From Conidiobolus incongruus B7586 (Eukaryota), in assembly GCA_000697335.1 (NCBI GenBank), contig JNEM01011312.1:1-38730 (forward strand): 38,730 nucleotides of DNA, read 5' to 3'. This document shows positions 12,014 to 24,227 of the stretch, one piece after another. The notes below the pieces were generated by a model. It was not told the origin of the DNA. It saw nothing but the letters and a program-made list of their open reading frames with translations, and did not search any database. Numbering within the stretch: the stretch's first letter is position 1; every line of letters begins with the position of its first letter. A program made the translations under genes and the position numbers.

Positions 12014-15000
12014 TTAAACACCCTTTTGACTTTGCAATCTAAGACGTTTGAGACGATCAGTAGCAAATTGAGGACTTTTTGGGACTGTGGGCTTGAAGGA
12101 GCTTGAAGGGGGGTGTCTGAGAGTGGGTGGACCTCGCGTAAGAACAACGGGACGCTTGATACCAAGTCGGTCGTTGAATTTAGGGCTTTTAGGAACGGTG
12201 GGCTTAAAGGTGTTCGAATTTGGTCGCTTCAAAGGAGGAGGTGAACGGGTAATGGCCACAGGGAGGTGGACTTTAAGTTTATCATTGAATTTGGGTGAGA
12301 TAGGAACAGTAAGCTCGCGCTTATTAATTTTAGGAACACCAAGGTCACCACGACTCTCTAGTACACGCCAGTTGACGGGATGAGCCTTGAAGGGTTTGAC
12401 TGGTGTACTTGTAACAGCAGTATTGGGTTTGAGATGATGTTGTGCGCGTATTTTGGTCGTCAATGGAGGTGACCGAGGGACAGTGGGCTCGAAGTTGGAG
12501 CGACGATATGGATTAGGAGATTTTGAAGAGTCGCGGTTGCTAGTAGCAAGCTTAATGTTTCGTTTTGAGGATAGAATCTTGAAGGGACTAGGTTTTGTGG
12601 TTGTAGCTGACTTGCATGGGGTGGGTCGGGTCACGTTGCGAATAGCCTGAGGAGTTCGACTGATGATTCTTTGACCAAATCCGAATTTAAAAGCAATACT
12701 ATCCATATCTGTGGATGTGGAGGCTTCGGGATGGGATCGATGCGGATTAATGATAATAGGCCGTGGTTTGACTGGATTAATGGATAAGCGATTTAAGCGA
12801 ATCTTCTTGAGACCTGGATCTTCAGAAAAAGTATTGCTAGAAGATAAATCTTCTTGCTGAGGGGGATTAGGCTGACTGGTATTAATAGTTAAACTATTCT
12901 GCTTATCAGAATTCTCAATGGATTGAATTGCAGCTGTTTGAGAGTTGGAATTGACTTCTTTTTCTGATTGATTATTCGATATAGATTTCCTTGAATCATT
13001 TGTAATGGCTTCTGTGTTATTATGATCTTGAGCTGGAGTTGATATAAGATTTGTATTGAATACAGCCTCAGGAATTGAAGAAACATTCACATTTTCAGAA
13101 ACATTAGGAATATTGTCTACACGCGTTGATTGAATAAGAGAATCATTGTCCGTAGTTAAAGAGGTTGAAGGATTATCTATTTTTGAGGGAACAGATTCAT
13201 CATGTTTCTCAGCTGTTGTTGGAACTGATGGACCAGAGTTTGATATAGTGGTCATCAAGTCGAGAGACTGAATAGATTTAGTGACACTGGATTGCTGAAC
13301 TGTTTGAATTGTAGTATCGGTATTTAAAGGTTTACTTTTAGACATATGGGTTTTAGAGAAAGATGATTTAGTATGTTTTTCAGCCAAAGTGGAGCTGGAT
13401 GAAGTAGATTCCGACAAATTGGTCAACAAAGATACTGATTTTGTAGACTTTGCGGTATCTGATTGTAGAGTCTTTTGACTAGACTTGGATATAGATGATT
13501 GATCGTGAATGTTGGTGGTAGTGGACATGAGAGATTCCTTGGATTTTGTCGAACTGGATTGTTGAGAGAGTAGAAAGGATAGAGATGAGCCAATCTTCTG
13601 TGCAGGTTTGATGGCACTAGGCTTTTCTTTTACCTTACTCGGAGCAGAAGTTGAAGGTTTGGAAGTTGATGGCGTGTTTGATGAAAAAAGGGTATTAAAG
13701 AATGTGGATTTAGTGGATAGTTTAGATGCTGCTGGTGAAGCAGTTTGGGAAGATGATCTTTGGCTAGTGATAATCGAAGTATTCTTTGAAGGTAGTGATG
13801 TAATGTTTGAAGATTTTTCTGACTCTGTTCTCTTACTAAAAAGCATGTCAGCAAGCTTAAACCTCTTTGGATTCTCGGTAATATGAGACTGGTCATTAGG
13901 ATTCTTTTTTGATTCAATTTGAATGGTATTTATAGGAATTTTCGTATTTCTAGCGTGGGAAGAAGAATCGTTATTTGCATTCAAACAATTCTTCTCAGAA
14001 GTACGAGATGGATTTGCAGTAGTGCGTGACCTTGAAGAGGAAAATAGAACTGATTTAGACGACTTAATGGATGATAAATCACTTGGTTTAAATTGAGTGG
14101 AAGTAGGCTTGACTGTGGGATCAGCTATTAAAAATTTCTTCTCAAGCTTACTTATTGATTCCTTACTTATTTCCCTCGATACTCGCTTTGCTGGATTGGA
14201 TTGAGACACATCTGAGTTTGTATTCTTAGAGGTAGGCGTTCTGTGTAAATCGACTTTCTTGGTCAAAAGTGATTTAGATATGTGTTTATCTTCGGCAGAA
14301 CTAGTTGAATCACCTATCTTTGAAGATGTTTGTATTTTGCTTCCAGATGGTCCAATTTTAGTACTGACGGGATCAGATGCAGTATTGATGAGTTGGGAAA
14401 TTGGTTTTGGCATGCTGTTAGAAGGTGCTGGTTCTTCTACATTAGTAGTTTTGGTAGATTTTGATGCAAAAGAGTATAGAGATGGTTTGGCAGTAGCCGA
14501 AAGGCTAGGTAGGTGCTTCTTTGCAATTTCTGGTGGAGTATCAATTAATTTAACTGGACTACCATCTGTAACTTCCTTAGATGGTTTGGTAAGTTTATAG
14601 AAAGAGGGCTGAGCAGCTGTTTTTGATGTAGTATCTAAGGTCTTTATGTTTAATTTATCCTGTTCATTATGCTTCAAGTTACTATTCAATTCAAAGTCTT
14701 TAGAATGGTTTGATTTATCAATTGGCTTTATCACTTCCTGTTTGTTACTTGGAGGTTTCGAGGCAATAGTTGATGGCTTAACAATGGATTTAGAAAATAG
14801 GGAAGAAGTTATAATGGACCGTGTACCAATGTTAGATTTGGATGAAGGATTATTATATGTACTAGATTCTGAAGATGTCTGAATAGGGTTAATAGAAAGA
14901 GTTTCAGACAATTTAGATTCCGCAGCTGGATTGAATTGAACTTGAGGATTGCTTAGGCAACTAGACTTTGAGAGTGTCGAAATTTGAGGTGATTTGTCAT

Positions 15001-17088
15001 CTAAAGTAGGAAGTAAACTGGATGCGTTTTTGGCAATACTAGGAACTCCAGCAGAAGAAGATATACCGGACTGACGAGAGTTAGGTAAATCATCATGTTG
15101 TGAAACATTTTGAGAAGAGATAACATGTTTAGGTGTTGAAATTCGGAGTTCATCAACTTGGTTTTTAGTTGCATTATGTTCTATTTGCTTTTCATTGGAA
15201 TCATTCGACCCAATCTGAGATACCAAAGTGGATGACAAATGAGGAAATGTATAAGGGTGAGTTGGATTCGTTTTGGGATGACTTTCGTTCACTGATGCAG
15301 TGATCCTTGAATCTGCGTTAGTGGTATTGATAGAAGATTGAATATTATTGGATAATAGCTTGGAATTGGAATCATTTACCACAGATTGAGTAGGAGTATA
15401 CGAAAATCGTTTTGGTTTAAAATTGGATAAAAAGCTCACTCTTCTTTCAGGATTTGGTTCCTTTGTTTCTGTTAAAGACTGAATAATTGATAATCCCTTT
15501 GTGACTGAATCCTCAGTAGTCTTTTCAGCAGGAATTATGGTAGATTGTTGGGTATTTTTATTTAGTTTTTGAGATAATTGTGAAGGTTTAGATTTACTGA
15601 AGCCCAAATACTCCAAAGGGTCTGAAGATTTGGAGACAGGTTCAAGCAATGGGAGTTTGTCATTAGATGTAGTGCCAGATTTAGGTAGTCGAGGGTGCGT
15701 GGTATTTTCATTGGAAATACCAGGTTGATCACTAGAACCTGATGAGTCCGTTAAACTCTGTCTCACTCGTTCCAAAGTTTCAAGAGTTCTGTTTTTAAGT
15801 ATGATGGAATCTTCATTCAAGTTTGAGTTCTCATCTGAAAGAATGGCACTTTCATCTTTACTATTGGAAATAGTGTTGGTTTGCAAATCCTTCGATATAA
15901 GTTCATCTCCAAAGTTATCTACATCAAGTGAGTATTTCGATGGTGATGAAGGAGTTGAAAAATCTTTGGGAGATTCATCGAAGTTAGGATCTTGAATAGA
16001 GCGAGTTTGAATAGCTGAAAGAGGCAGAAATGGTTCTACCATATGCTTTGTTGGCGTCGATATAGTGCCTTGAGTTTGGTCGAAATTTGAAGCGCGAGGT
16101 GACTTGGAAGAATGATCAAAATCAGTAGATGCTTGAAAAGCTGGTATTGTAGGTAGCTTTATGTCCAAATCAAGAAAATCATCATCAAAATTGAGATTAA
16201 CGGAATTATTAGCATCAAATGAAATATGCGACTGTCTTTGTTCAGAGTGTGGAGTAGTTTCACTTGCTTTTGCAAGTTTGGGGTTTTCGATCGACTTACT
16301 CTCAAGAAGTTTCATTGATGCTAGATCAAAGTCAGATTTTACAATGTTTTGATTGTGCTGTTTTGGAAGAGCTAGTTCTTTGAATAAGCTATACCTATCA
16401 TGAGTAGATGTAGCAGCATCTTCAGAAGTATGCTTGTTGGATGTTGATGGTTTATATTCACTGTGAGTTATATCCAAGCTAGAAGGTTTATCTTCCCGGA
16501 GTTCGTTTTCAGACTTTTCAAATGAGTTGGGCTCAGGATCAGTTCGATATGTAAATTTCTTGGCTGTAAATGGATTTGAATCTGATTTTGGAGAATATTT
16601 AGTCGAATCAGTTGAATGTACTTGGGATATTTTCTTGGGTGATATGAAGCCATGATCCTTCGTCGCTGAAGATTGAGTATCTTTATTTTGATTGAAAATC
16701 CTTTGGTTATTTCTTGTAACAAGTTCTGTTGTTGTCTCATTAAATTTTTTGAAGGGTCCATTTGGTGTTGAATAAGATTCTGTTGCTTTTGTCGCCGCAA
16801 TATTATTTGTTTCCTGCTGTTTAATTGGTGGTTTCCATGGAAGTGGAGCTTGTGTCAAAAATCTAGGCCTTGATGGAGTACTCTGGTGATTTCCTGAATT
16901 TCAGATTTTAATAACATATAGAAAAGTGAATAAATAGATTAAAACTTACGAAAATAATCTTCAGAACCTCCTGATATATTGGGATCAAAATTATCAGTTG
17001 ATAAATTATGATAACTGTTATCGTTTTCGGAGTGTTGCTCTTCTGCTAAGAAGTCATAATACTGAGGAGCATTAAAATTGAAATTCAT
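12014..17088 (-). CDS. TPX2: TPX2-like microtubule-associated / Aurora-activating protein, ~1672 aa, 2 exons
   Basis: Exon 1 (17088-16950, MNFNFNAPQYYDFLAEE...GSEDYF) joins exon 2 (16893-12014) across a 56-nt intron GTAAGT..TTCAG. The N-terminus resembles the TPX2 Aurora-binding motif. The C-terminus has FKAHPVNWRVLESRGDLGVPKINKRELTVPISPKF and several xTVPxSPxF repeats typical of TPX2. The middle is a long S/T/K-rich disordered region. Confidence 0.72.
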
Positions 17089-18549
17089 ACTAGTTGGATA
17101 ATTTTATATTTAGTATAGCAAAAAGAGATAAAATTGGTAACAAAATTATATCCAACTTCCAAAATATATTTTATTGTGATTTGATTTTAATGGCTATTAT
17201 TTATATTACTATATCGTATTTTTAATACTCTTATTCTAATGTCAATTTTATCATAAATATCAAAGATCTCAAATTATGGGTTTAGTTGATTTAGATTAAA
17301 TAATTACCCAAATTTCAGTCACGTCCTGTTAATCAAAATGATTTTACCAACAAATCTTCTAATCATGTTGTACCTTAATTGTCAATAATAATATAGTAAG
17401 AAATATTAAGTTCTTATCAAACTATAACTTGAGTTATTATCTGTATTTCATTTAGGTTATATGAACTTGTATATAGCTATTAATTCCTAGTATGAATCAC
17501 TTAAATAGTTTACATATACTACATTTACATTCGCAATTCATTAATCTCAATTGAATTCAGGAATTATATATACTAATTATTTTATATATTTCCACTGAAA
17601 AGATATCTACTACCACAATTCTCATTCTCTTAATTCACTATTAACATTAGTATTTCTATAATTTGGCAAATAATAATATATGTAATTCAGCTACTCAAAC
17701 ACAATTAATATCAAATTATTAATGTTTTAATAAATTAAAAACTAGGATTATAATTTTTTTGGATAAATTAATTTACTATTATTTAAATCTAAATTTTAAT
17801 TACAAATAGTTTAAAATTTATTATATATTATTCAATGTTTTCAAAAATAAAATAATTTTATTTTCTATTCATTAAAGATGATAGTTGAGGTCCAAAATTA
17901 TTGATAAAGCATGATATACCCAGTCCTGAAGCTCATTTTATCTCCTAATTCACTTTGTCTTATGAAATATTTAAAATACTTGATTTTGGACTAACTTTGT
18001 TTCTTGTGATTAATCATTACACCAAATATCAACACGTCATAATCATAAAATTAATACTCTCATATTAAATAATTATTCTGAATCTTTACACTTAGTTGAA
18101 TTTAAGTATATTTTACACAAAATAAAATAAAATTGAATGTATTTCAAGAGAAATAATTAATTTAAACTTTGACAACCATGTACCCTAAATTGAATTTTTA
18201 ATATATTCATGTATTTAAATATATTTATATACTTGGATATATAGTACAATAAAGCTGTTATTAGCTCAATACAAAATTTATAATTGAAATTTAAACTAAC
18301 AATTGATATTAAATAATAATAATAATATAAAATTAATTATAAAAATATTGTTAATTAATATTGAAAAAATAAAAGATTTAAAATTATAATATATGATATT
18401 ATTTATTCTATTAAATTTGAAATACAAATAACATATATTATTCATCATTATAATTTTAATCTTAGTATAGAAATTAAAAAATTGCAAAAATTTCAAAGTA
18501 AAAATATATTAACTAATATATAAATCATAACATGATATTTTAATATTAA

Positions 18550-19525
18550 ATTAATATCACTTTTTATTATTAATAATTTATTTTTATATTTTTAATAAGC
18601 TTCTAACAATTAGAAATAAATCTTTTTATTAAACACAGATTTATTATTTCATATATTAATTAAATTTGTTTATAAGAGTTTTTTTCTTATAAGAATATTT
18701 TTTTAATTATTAAAAACAATTATAGTTATATAGGTTATAATCTAGTCAATATATTAGATTTGGTAGCCTTTTCTATTTTTTTGATATAAAATCTTTTACA
18801 AGTTTATATATTTTATAATTATTATACAAAATAATAGGTATCTTTAATTTATAATAAAAATACTAGTTAAAAGCTAATATATTTAAAAAATCAATATAAA
18901 ACTTACTATTAATTAATTTACCTTTAAAACAAAATAAAAAAATCATATATTATTATAATTTATTAGAATAATTAACATTTGTTTATAAATAAAATATTTG
19001 TTTATAATTTATAAAAAGGATTATTTTAGCTTAATCTACCATTTTGTTTTGTTTTTAAGAAAAGGATTATATAAAGGAATTAAGATTCATTAATTATAAT
19101 GATATATTGTAAATCCTCTACTTTTAGTTATATTTTAATAAGTTTTGTTTTAGCCATAGCTACTTTAATTTTTTTAAGCTTTTGTTAAATTATAAGATAT
19201 TTATTTTATATTTATATTAACTAATCTGGGTTTAAAGATTAATATATATATTATACTTTTAAAATTAGTATTAAATTGCTTAAATAGTTCTTTAATTTAA
19301 TTAAGAGAAATTTTTATTAATATATCAAAGATTAATAATAAAAATAAATTTTTTAAATTTATATAAATTTTAAAGATTATCCTTTTTGTCTTTAATTTGA
19401 TAAATTTAATATAAGTGGTAATTTTAAATGATGTATTATTTTTATAAACTGTTAATAAGTATTAAATGACTTTGAAGGGTTTATAGTTAGGTTTTAGTAA
19501 TATTAAATTTCAAGATTTTAAAATC
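18550..19525 (-). mobile_element. Dead Tc1/mariner (mariner-type) transposase relic, copy B, heavily transition-mutated
   Basis: The minus strand reads *ISYNLTKA*K at 19203-19171 (from WIPHNLTEAQK) and IIIINES*FLY near 19080-19110 (from IITIDESWF, first catalytic D). At ~18838-18722 it reads PIILYNNYKIYK...*KRLPNLIY*LDYNLYNY (from ILHDN..H...WExLPHPxYSPDYNPxDY). A C-terminal VRSLLKI*K*IINN matches GI..L..RW..I. The block is homologous to 7631-8600. Confidence 0.8.
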
Positions 19526-20199
19526 ACTATCTAATTTAATATAATTAAATTCAAATTTTCAATTAATATTTTAATGAAAAAAATTATTATCAATGAATAT
19601 ATATATATCGTTTGAAAAATTTAATTCTTCTATATACTTTATATATAAATATAATCAGTATTTTAAAACTAACAGAATGTTTGAAAAATTAGAAATTAAA
19701 AAATTTTTCATTTCATTCTCTCCAAACTAATAATATAAATAAAATTGATAAAATCAATTAGGATAATAATTAATTTATAGTCAATGATTATATACCATAT
19801 AAAAGCGAAATTAACTTTGTCAATTGATTACACACTATTAAATACCGTCAATTCAATAAAATTTCAAGATCACTAAAAATACCTTGTCAAATATGATGAA
19901 ATAATGTCTAATCGATTAATATATCATTTGATTAAGACCAAATTTATTCAAGTATATTTATAATCATTATTGAAAGAATTCATTTATTTTATGAAGAGTA
20001 TTCATCCGTAATTAAATTTAGGTAAATAGGAAATATTTTTTTAAATATTATTGAATGACAAAGTATATTTTAGAACACTATCAAATTAAAAATAGAACTA
20101 ATATAATATATTTAAAAAACTTTTTGAGTATATATATTGAACTAATAAAATTATGATAAAATCAAATATAAATGGTATTAATCTAAAATATTTAATAAA

Positions 20200-21915
20200 T
20201 TAAATATTAAATTGATAAATATTGATACTCTCATTTTCCATTTGACCTAAAGTATTCAAATGATTGGATTGATTGTCTTGAGAGTGAATTAACTTAATTT
20301 GACGACGAATTTTCACTCTGAAATGGCATGGCTTGGTCTTATAGGTTGGTTTGGATTTGGAAATGAGTTTGGGTTTAGATTTTGGTTTGGGCCCGGTTTT
20401 AGTAGGGACAGATTGAGTGTTGTGTTCATTTAATGGTGGTGATGGCAACCAAGGAGGAGGAGAAGGATCGTCTCTTTTTAGCAAAAAACACTAAAACCAA
20501 ATTAATACAATAGTATGAAAGTATTGAGATATATTTACTAAAATGGGTTGAGTGTTTTGATACATGGCATACCAATATTGAGCTAATTTGTAAATTCCAT
20601 CGTATCTATAGCCTGAAGATGGTGCAAATTGAGAAGCGCTAGTTTCGGATGTGGATGATCGAAATACTTGAATCCGTTTACTACTTTTGTATCGAATGGC
20701 TCTGGCCCCATTAATAAAATCCACAGTCGGATAATCGCAGGATGAGGCCAATATGTAAGAGAAATTGGCATCCAAGATGGATTGAGGGTTACTGGAATCG
20801 ACTTGTAGAGGTATATTGGTTATACAAATGGTGATTTCATCGCCTTTGTCTACTTCCAATGGATGACTTGGTGAGTAAATGAGTGAAATTGGACCTTTTT
20901 CCACAGTACCACAAATTGGGGAATTCAAATTGGTATGTAAATTTGATTTGTGTAACTCTTCTCTCGTGGCAAATACGGCTCCAACTTGGATTTGTGAATA
21001 TTTGTTTTGGTGAGTTGATGAGTGATCTCCATTAGTTGATGAAATGGATTTGGAAGGTTTTTCAACGTTCTTATTAGAAGACTGATTTTTCACTATTAAA
21101 ATGAATTAATATTGATATTAATCCATTTAATTTATGAAAATATACCTTGATCATTAAAAGATTTAATACTATCCTTCACGCCTTTTAATCTCAAATGCTT
21201 TGCTAAAAGTTGATTAGGATGTGAAATTTTATTAGTATTTTCTAAACCAAAATATCAATATATTAAAATGGATAAAAATTTCAAAATTTACTTGATGATC
21301 TCGATTTTTTCACTTTATTAACTTGATTTTCATCATTTTGTTTTAATTTACAATTATTACAGATCCAATTCTCATTTAAACAAAATTTCTTTTCTTCAGT
21401 TGATAGACAATTATGATGATAGTAATATTCACAAACTGAACAGATAATTAAGTTTAAAAAATCTTGTTTAGATTCACAAATGAAGCAACCACATAAATTA
21501 CATGGTTTATCGAGTACATCATTGCATTTGGAACAAGGTTCTAAAGGGACTGATGTATCCTTTAAAATGCTGTTGATATCTACAATGGAAGGAGCGGATT
21601 CAGGTTCATAAATCAATCTTTGGGAAAAATGATCCAAAATCAATTCATCATCATTTTGAATTTCCAACTCCTTTAAAGATTTATCTAAAGGCAACTTTTT
21701 TGAAATTCTAATAATCCAAATAATATGATTCTTTAATTAATTACCTGCTTTTGGTTAAAAAACAAGACAAATTGTTTAGGTTGGTCAATTTGAAATAATT
21801 TTTCACATTTTTTATTTAAATTAATAATTTTAATGTTACTCAAAACTTCTAATTTTTTTATTTTTCTTTGAAAATTAATTTTTAATTTCATTGTTATAGG
21901 AATTAATGGCGTCAT
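20200..21915 (-). CDS. UHRF1-like protein: ubiquitin-like + PHD + degenerate SRA/YDG domain, ~504 aa, 5 exons; no tandem Tudor or RING seen
   Basis: Exons 21915-21745, 21694-21292, 21241-21146, 21092-20539 and 20490-20200. UBL: LFFNQKQLPLDKSLKELEIQNDDELIL. UHRF-type pre-PHD/PHD: CSKC...CNLCGCFIC...CSVC...HHNC...WICNNC. SRA: QFAPSSGYRYDGIYKL..YW...CFLLKRDDPSPPPW (UHRF1: KYAPAEGNRYDGIYKV..YW...YLLRRDD.EPGPW). Confidence 0.85.
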
Positions 21916-22734
21916 CTTATTTTTATGTTTATTAGAATTATTTATTAATGAATTATTAATTTTGAAATTATGGGATAATAAATTTAGCTCGGGAGATTTA
22001 TGAAATCATTGTAATCAAATTTTCAAAATAAACAAATAAGCATAATAAATTGGTACACCTTATTAATTCAACATAAAAAAATATTTAAATTGAATTTTTA
22101 TATTTTTGCTGATCACAAACCACAAATCTATAATCCATTAAAATTGAAGTTTCGCTGTTTGATTAATGAAAAAATATTCGAGTTTCACTTGGAAACTTAA
22201 GGTGAATCAAAATTGTCAATAGAATGAGATAATGACTTCAAATGACTGGTTCATTAAGTAATGATCAGATTTTTTCTAATTAAAGCTCAACACTTTCGTG
22301 AAATCATTTCAACTTTAAGATCTTGATAGGTTTAATTTTAGATATTGGAGCCCATTTAATGGGACTTTATATTAGGGAACACAGCGACCAGGTATCTTGT
22401 CAAACATAGCTTTAATTTGGTGTTAAACAAAATTTTGAGATGTAAGAATTAAATGAATTGAGGATGATAAATCAAACAAATTGATGTATTAACCCTGTAT
22501 TGAAGCAATTTCTGAGGGGAGTGTAAAATTATATCGATATGGAAGCCTGATTGGATGGTATCATGATGAGGATTTATTAAACATTAGCATTAATATTTCT
22601 AATTATAATTATACACACAACAGAACAAGTAGTGATGACTGAGATACCTTATCAAAAAGTACCACTCGCAATAATTGTCAGATACAATAGGAATTAATTG
22701 GTTGATAAAATAAAAATATTCACATAGTTACATA

Positions 22735-24227
22735 TTACATAATATTGCAGCCGATTCCACACATTGAACGCTTTTGGATGCGATCTTCCACTAGTTCATT
22801 CGAAAGATCCGTCACTCTAGCTTGCTCGATGGAGATCTTTTCTCCGTTGACTACCTTTTGAGATCTGCTTCGCGTTAGTTTGGTTGGGCTGCTATTCTTG
22901 GATGCATGCGCAGGGTTCATTATGATGCGCGATGGTACCGTTGTGACTGGGTTAAATGTGATCTCATTCATGCCTTCCTGCTCCAAAGATGTCTTGGGCG
23001 GCGTTGGACGAGGACTTGAGCGTGGTGTAGTCTTGATCAAAATGGGTTCAAGAGGAGTTAAGCGCTTGTCATTAACTGAGGTAGCTTGAGGTTTAGTTTC
23101 AACTTGAGCATTCACTGAAGCTGGACTTTCAAAATTTGCAAATGAGATCATTTCTTTTTTGAACTGAATGCTCAGTGTCCTGGGTGTTTTGACTTGCTCA
23201 ATAGCAATCAATTCGTCTTGATCCGCATTTTGCGATGTTTTCAATACTGGTAAACTAGGTCTGGAAAATCGTTTAGGATCTTTTACGGTAAATGATGTAA
23301 GTGATGAGGGGGACTTAAGGTATACTGGCTGTGGTGTTTCAGGATATGAACTTTTGCGATTAATCTCGAATCTAGATGGAAGGGAGAGTTCTGGTTGATG
23401 AGATATGGGTGATGATAGGAAGTCTTCAGTAAGAGGAGAATCAATGTGATCTTCGGGGTAAAATGGCGATGGTGGGCGTAAAGGTAGTCCAATTGAATCC
23501 TGAGACTGATATGAGTTGAATCGGTTCTTTCTTGGCATAAATTGATATTTGGTCAGGGCTTCAGGACTGGAATAGCTATTGCTACCTGGTGATGACAACA
23601 AAAAGGGGGAGGGAGGCTCTAGTGGTAAACCATTCATATTCGATTTGATTGAATTAGTTACAGGGATATGTGTCTCAAATACGACATTGTTGATAGTTTC
23701 AGAGGATTTGGTTTTTTCTGAGTCACTACTGCTGTAATCCGATTCAGGATTTTCCATACTTTCCGTTAATTGGACAGCATGTGCTGATGGAAAGCTAAGC
23801 TCAGGCTCGCTAGGTCGTTCTCTTGGTATTTTATCTCTTGTCTTGAATGGGGAAGGTACTCTAGGTGGGGGTGAGGGTTTTTTACTAGCATATTTTCCAT
23901 TTTGGATACACACTGAAGGCACTCTACATATAGGAACACTCTCCATATTAATAGGATTTGCTGCTGTTTTTTGCTTATTCGCTACTGGTGATTTGAGAGA
24001 TGGTGTCGCCGATATTCTGTTGCTGGAAATTAAAATTGAAGGTGGTCTTGATTTCGAGGATAAGCCTTTGTTAAAAGAAACCCTTTTGTTAATTTGGATT
24101 GGCGAGCGAGGTATTTTATCTCTGGTTTTGAAAGGATCTTGTATTGATTCAAAGTCCACTACCTATATGCAATAGCTATTAATAAACATCTTATTAAAAT
24201 ATTTAATTAATCATTAGCTACCTCCAT
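22735..24227 (-). CDS. Hypothetical Pro/Ser-rich disordered protein with C-terminal CaaX box, ~477 aa
   Basis: The long ORF has coding-like GC content. A probable 6-nt first exon ATGGAG (24227-24222) and 59-nt intron precede exon 24162-22735. The protein ends KRSMCGIGCNIM*. I recognise no globular domain. Confidence 0.75.

Noticed and set aside
12087..16800. Many 60-113 aa antisense or alternate-frame ORFs inside the TPX2-like gene (likewise inside RFC1, the CaaX gene, MED8 and the SRA exon)
   Set aside because: They are shadow ORFs expected from codon bias of the real gene and show no independent motifs.
18296..18496. 66-aa ORF, and similar ORFs at 3541-3735, 27476-27682, 35769-35972 and 35995-36234
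   Set aside because: They are F/I/N/K/Y-rich chance ORFs in AT-rich DNA or antisense to real exons, mostly with non-ATG starts and no motifs.
22561..22644. Possible C/D box snoRNA (ATGATGA...CTGA)
   Set aside because: It has only a 2-bp terminal stem and no convincing rRNA guide complementarity, and it lies antisense to a probable 3' UTR.
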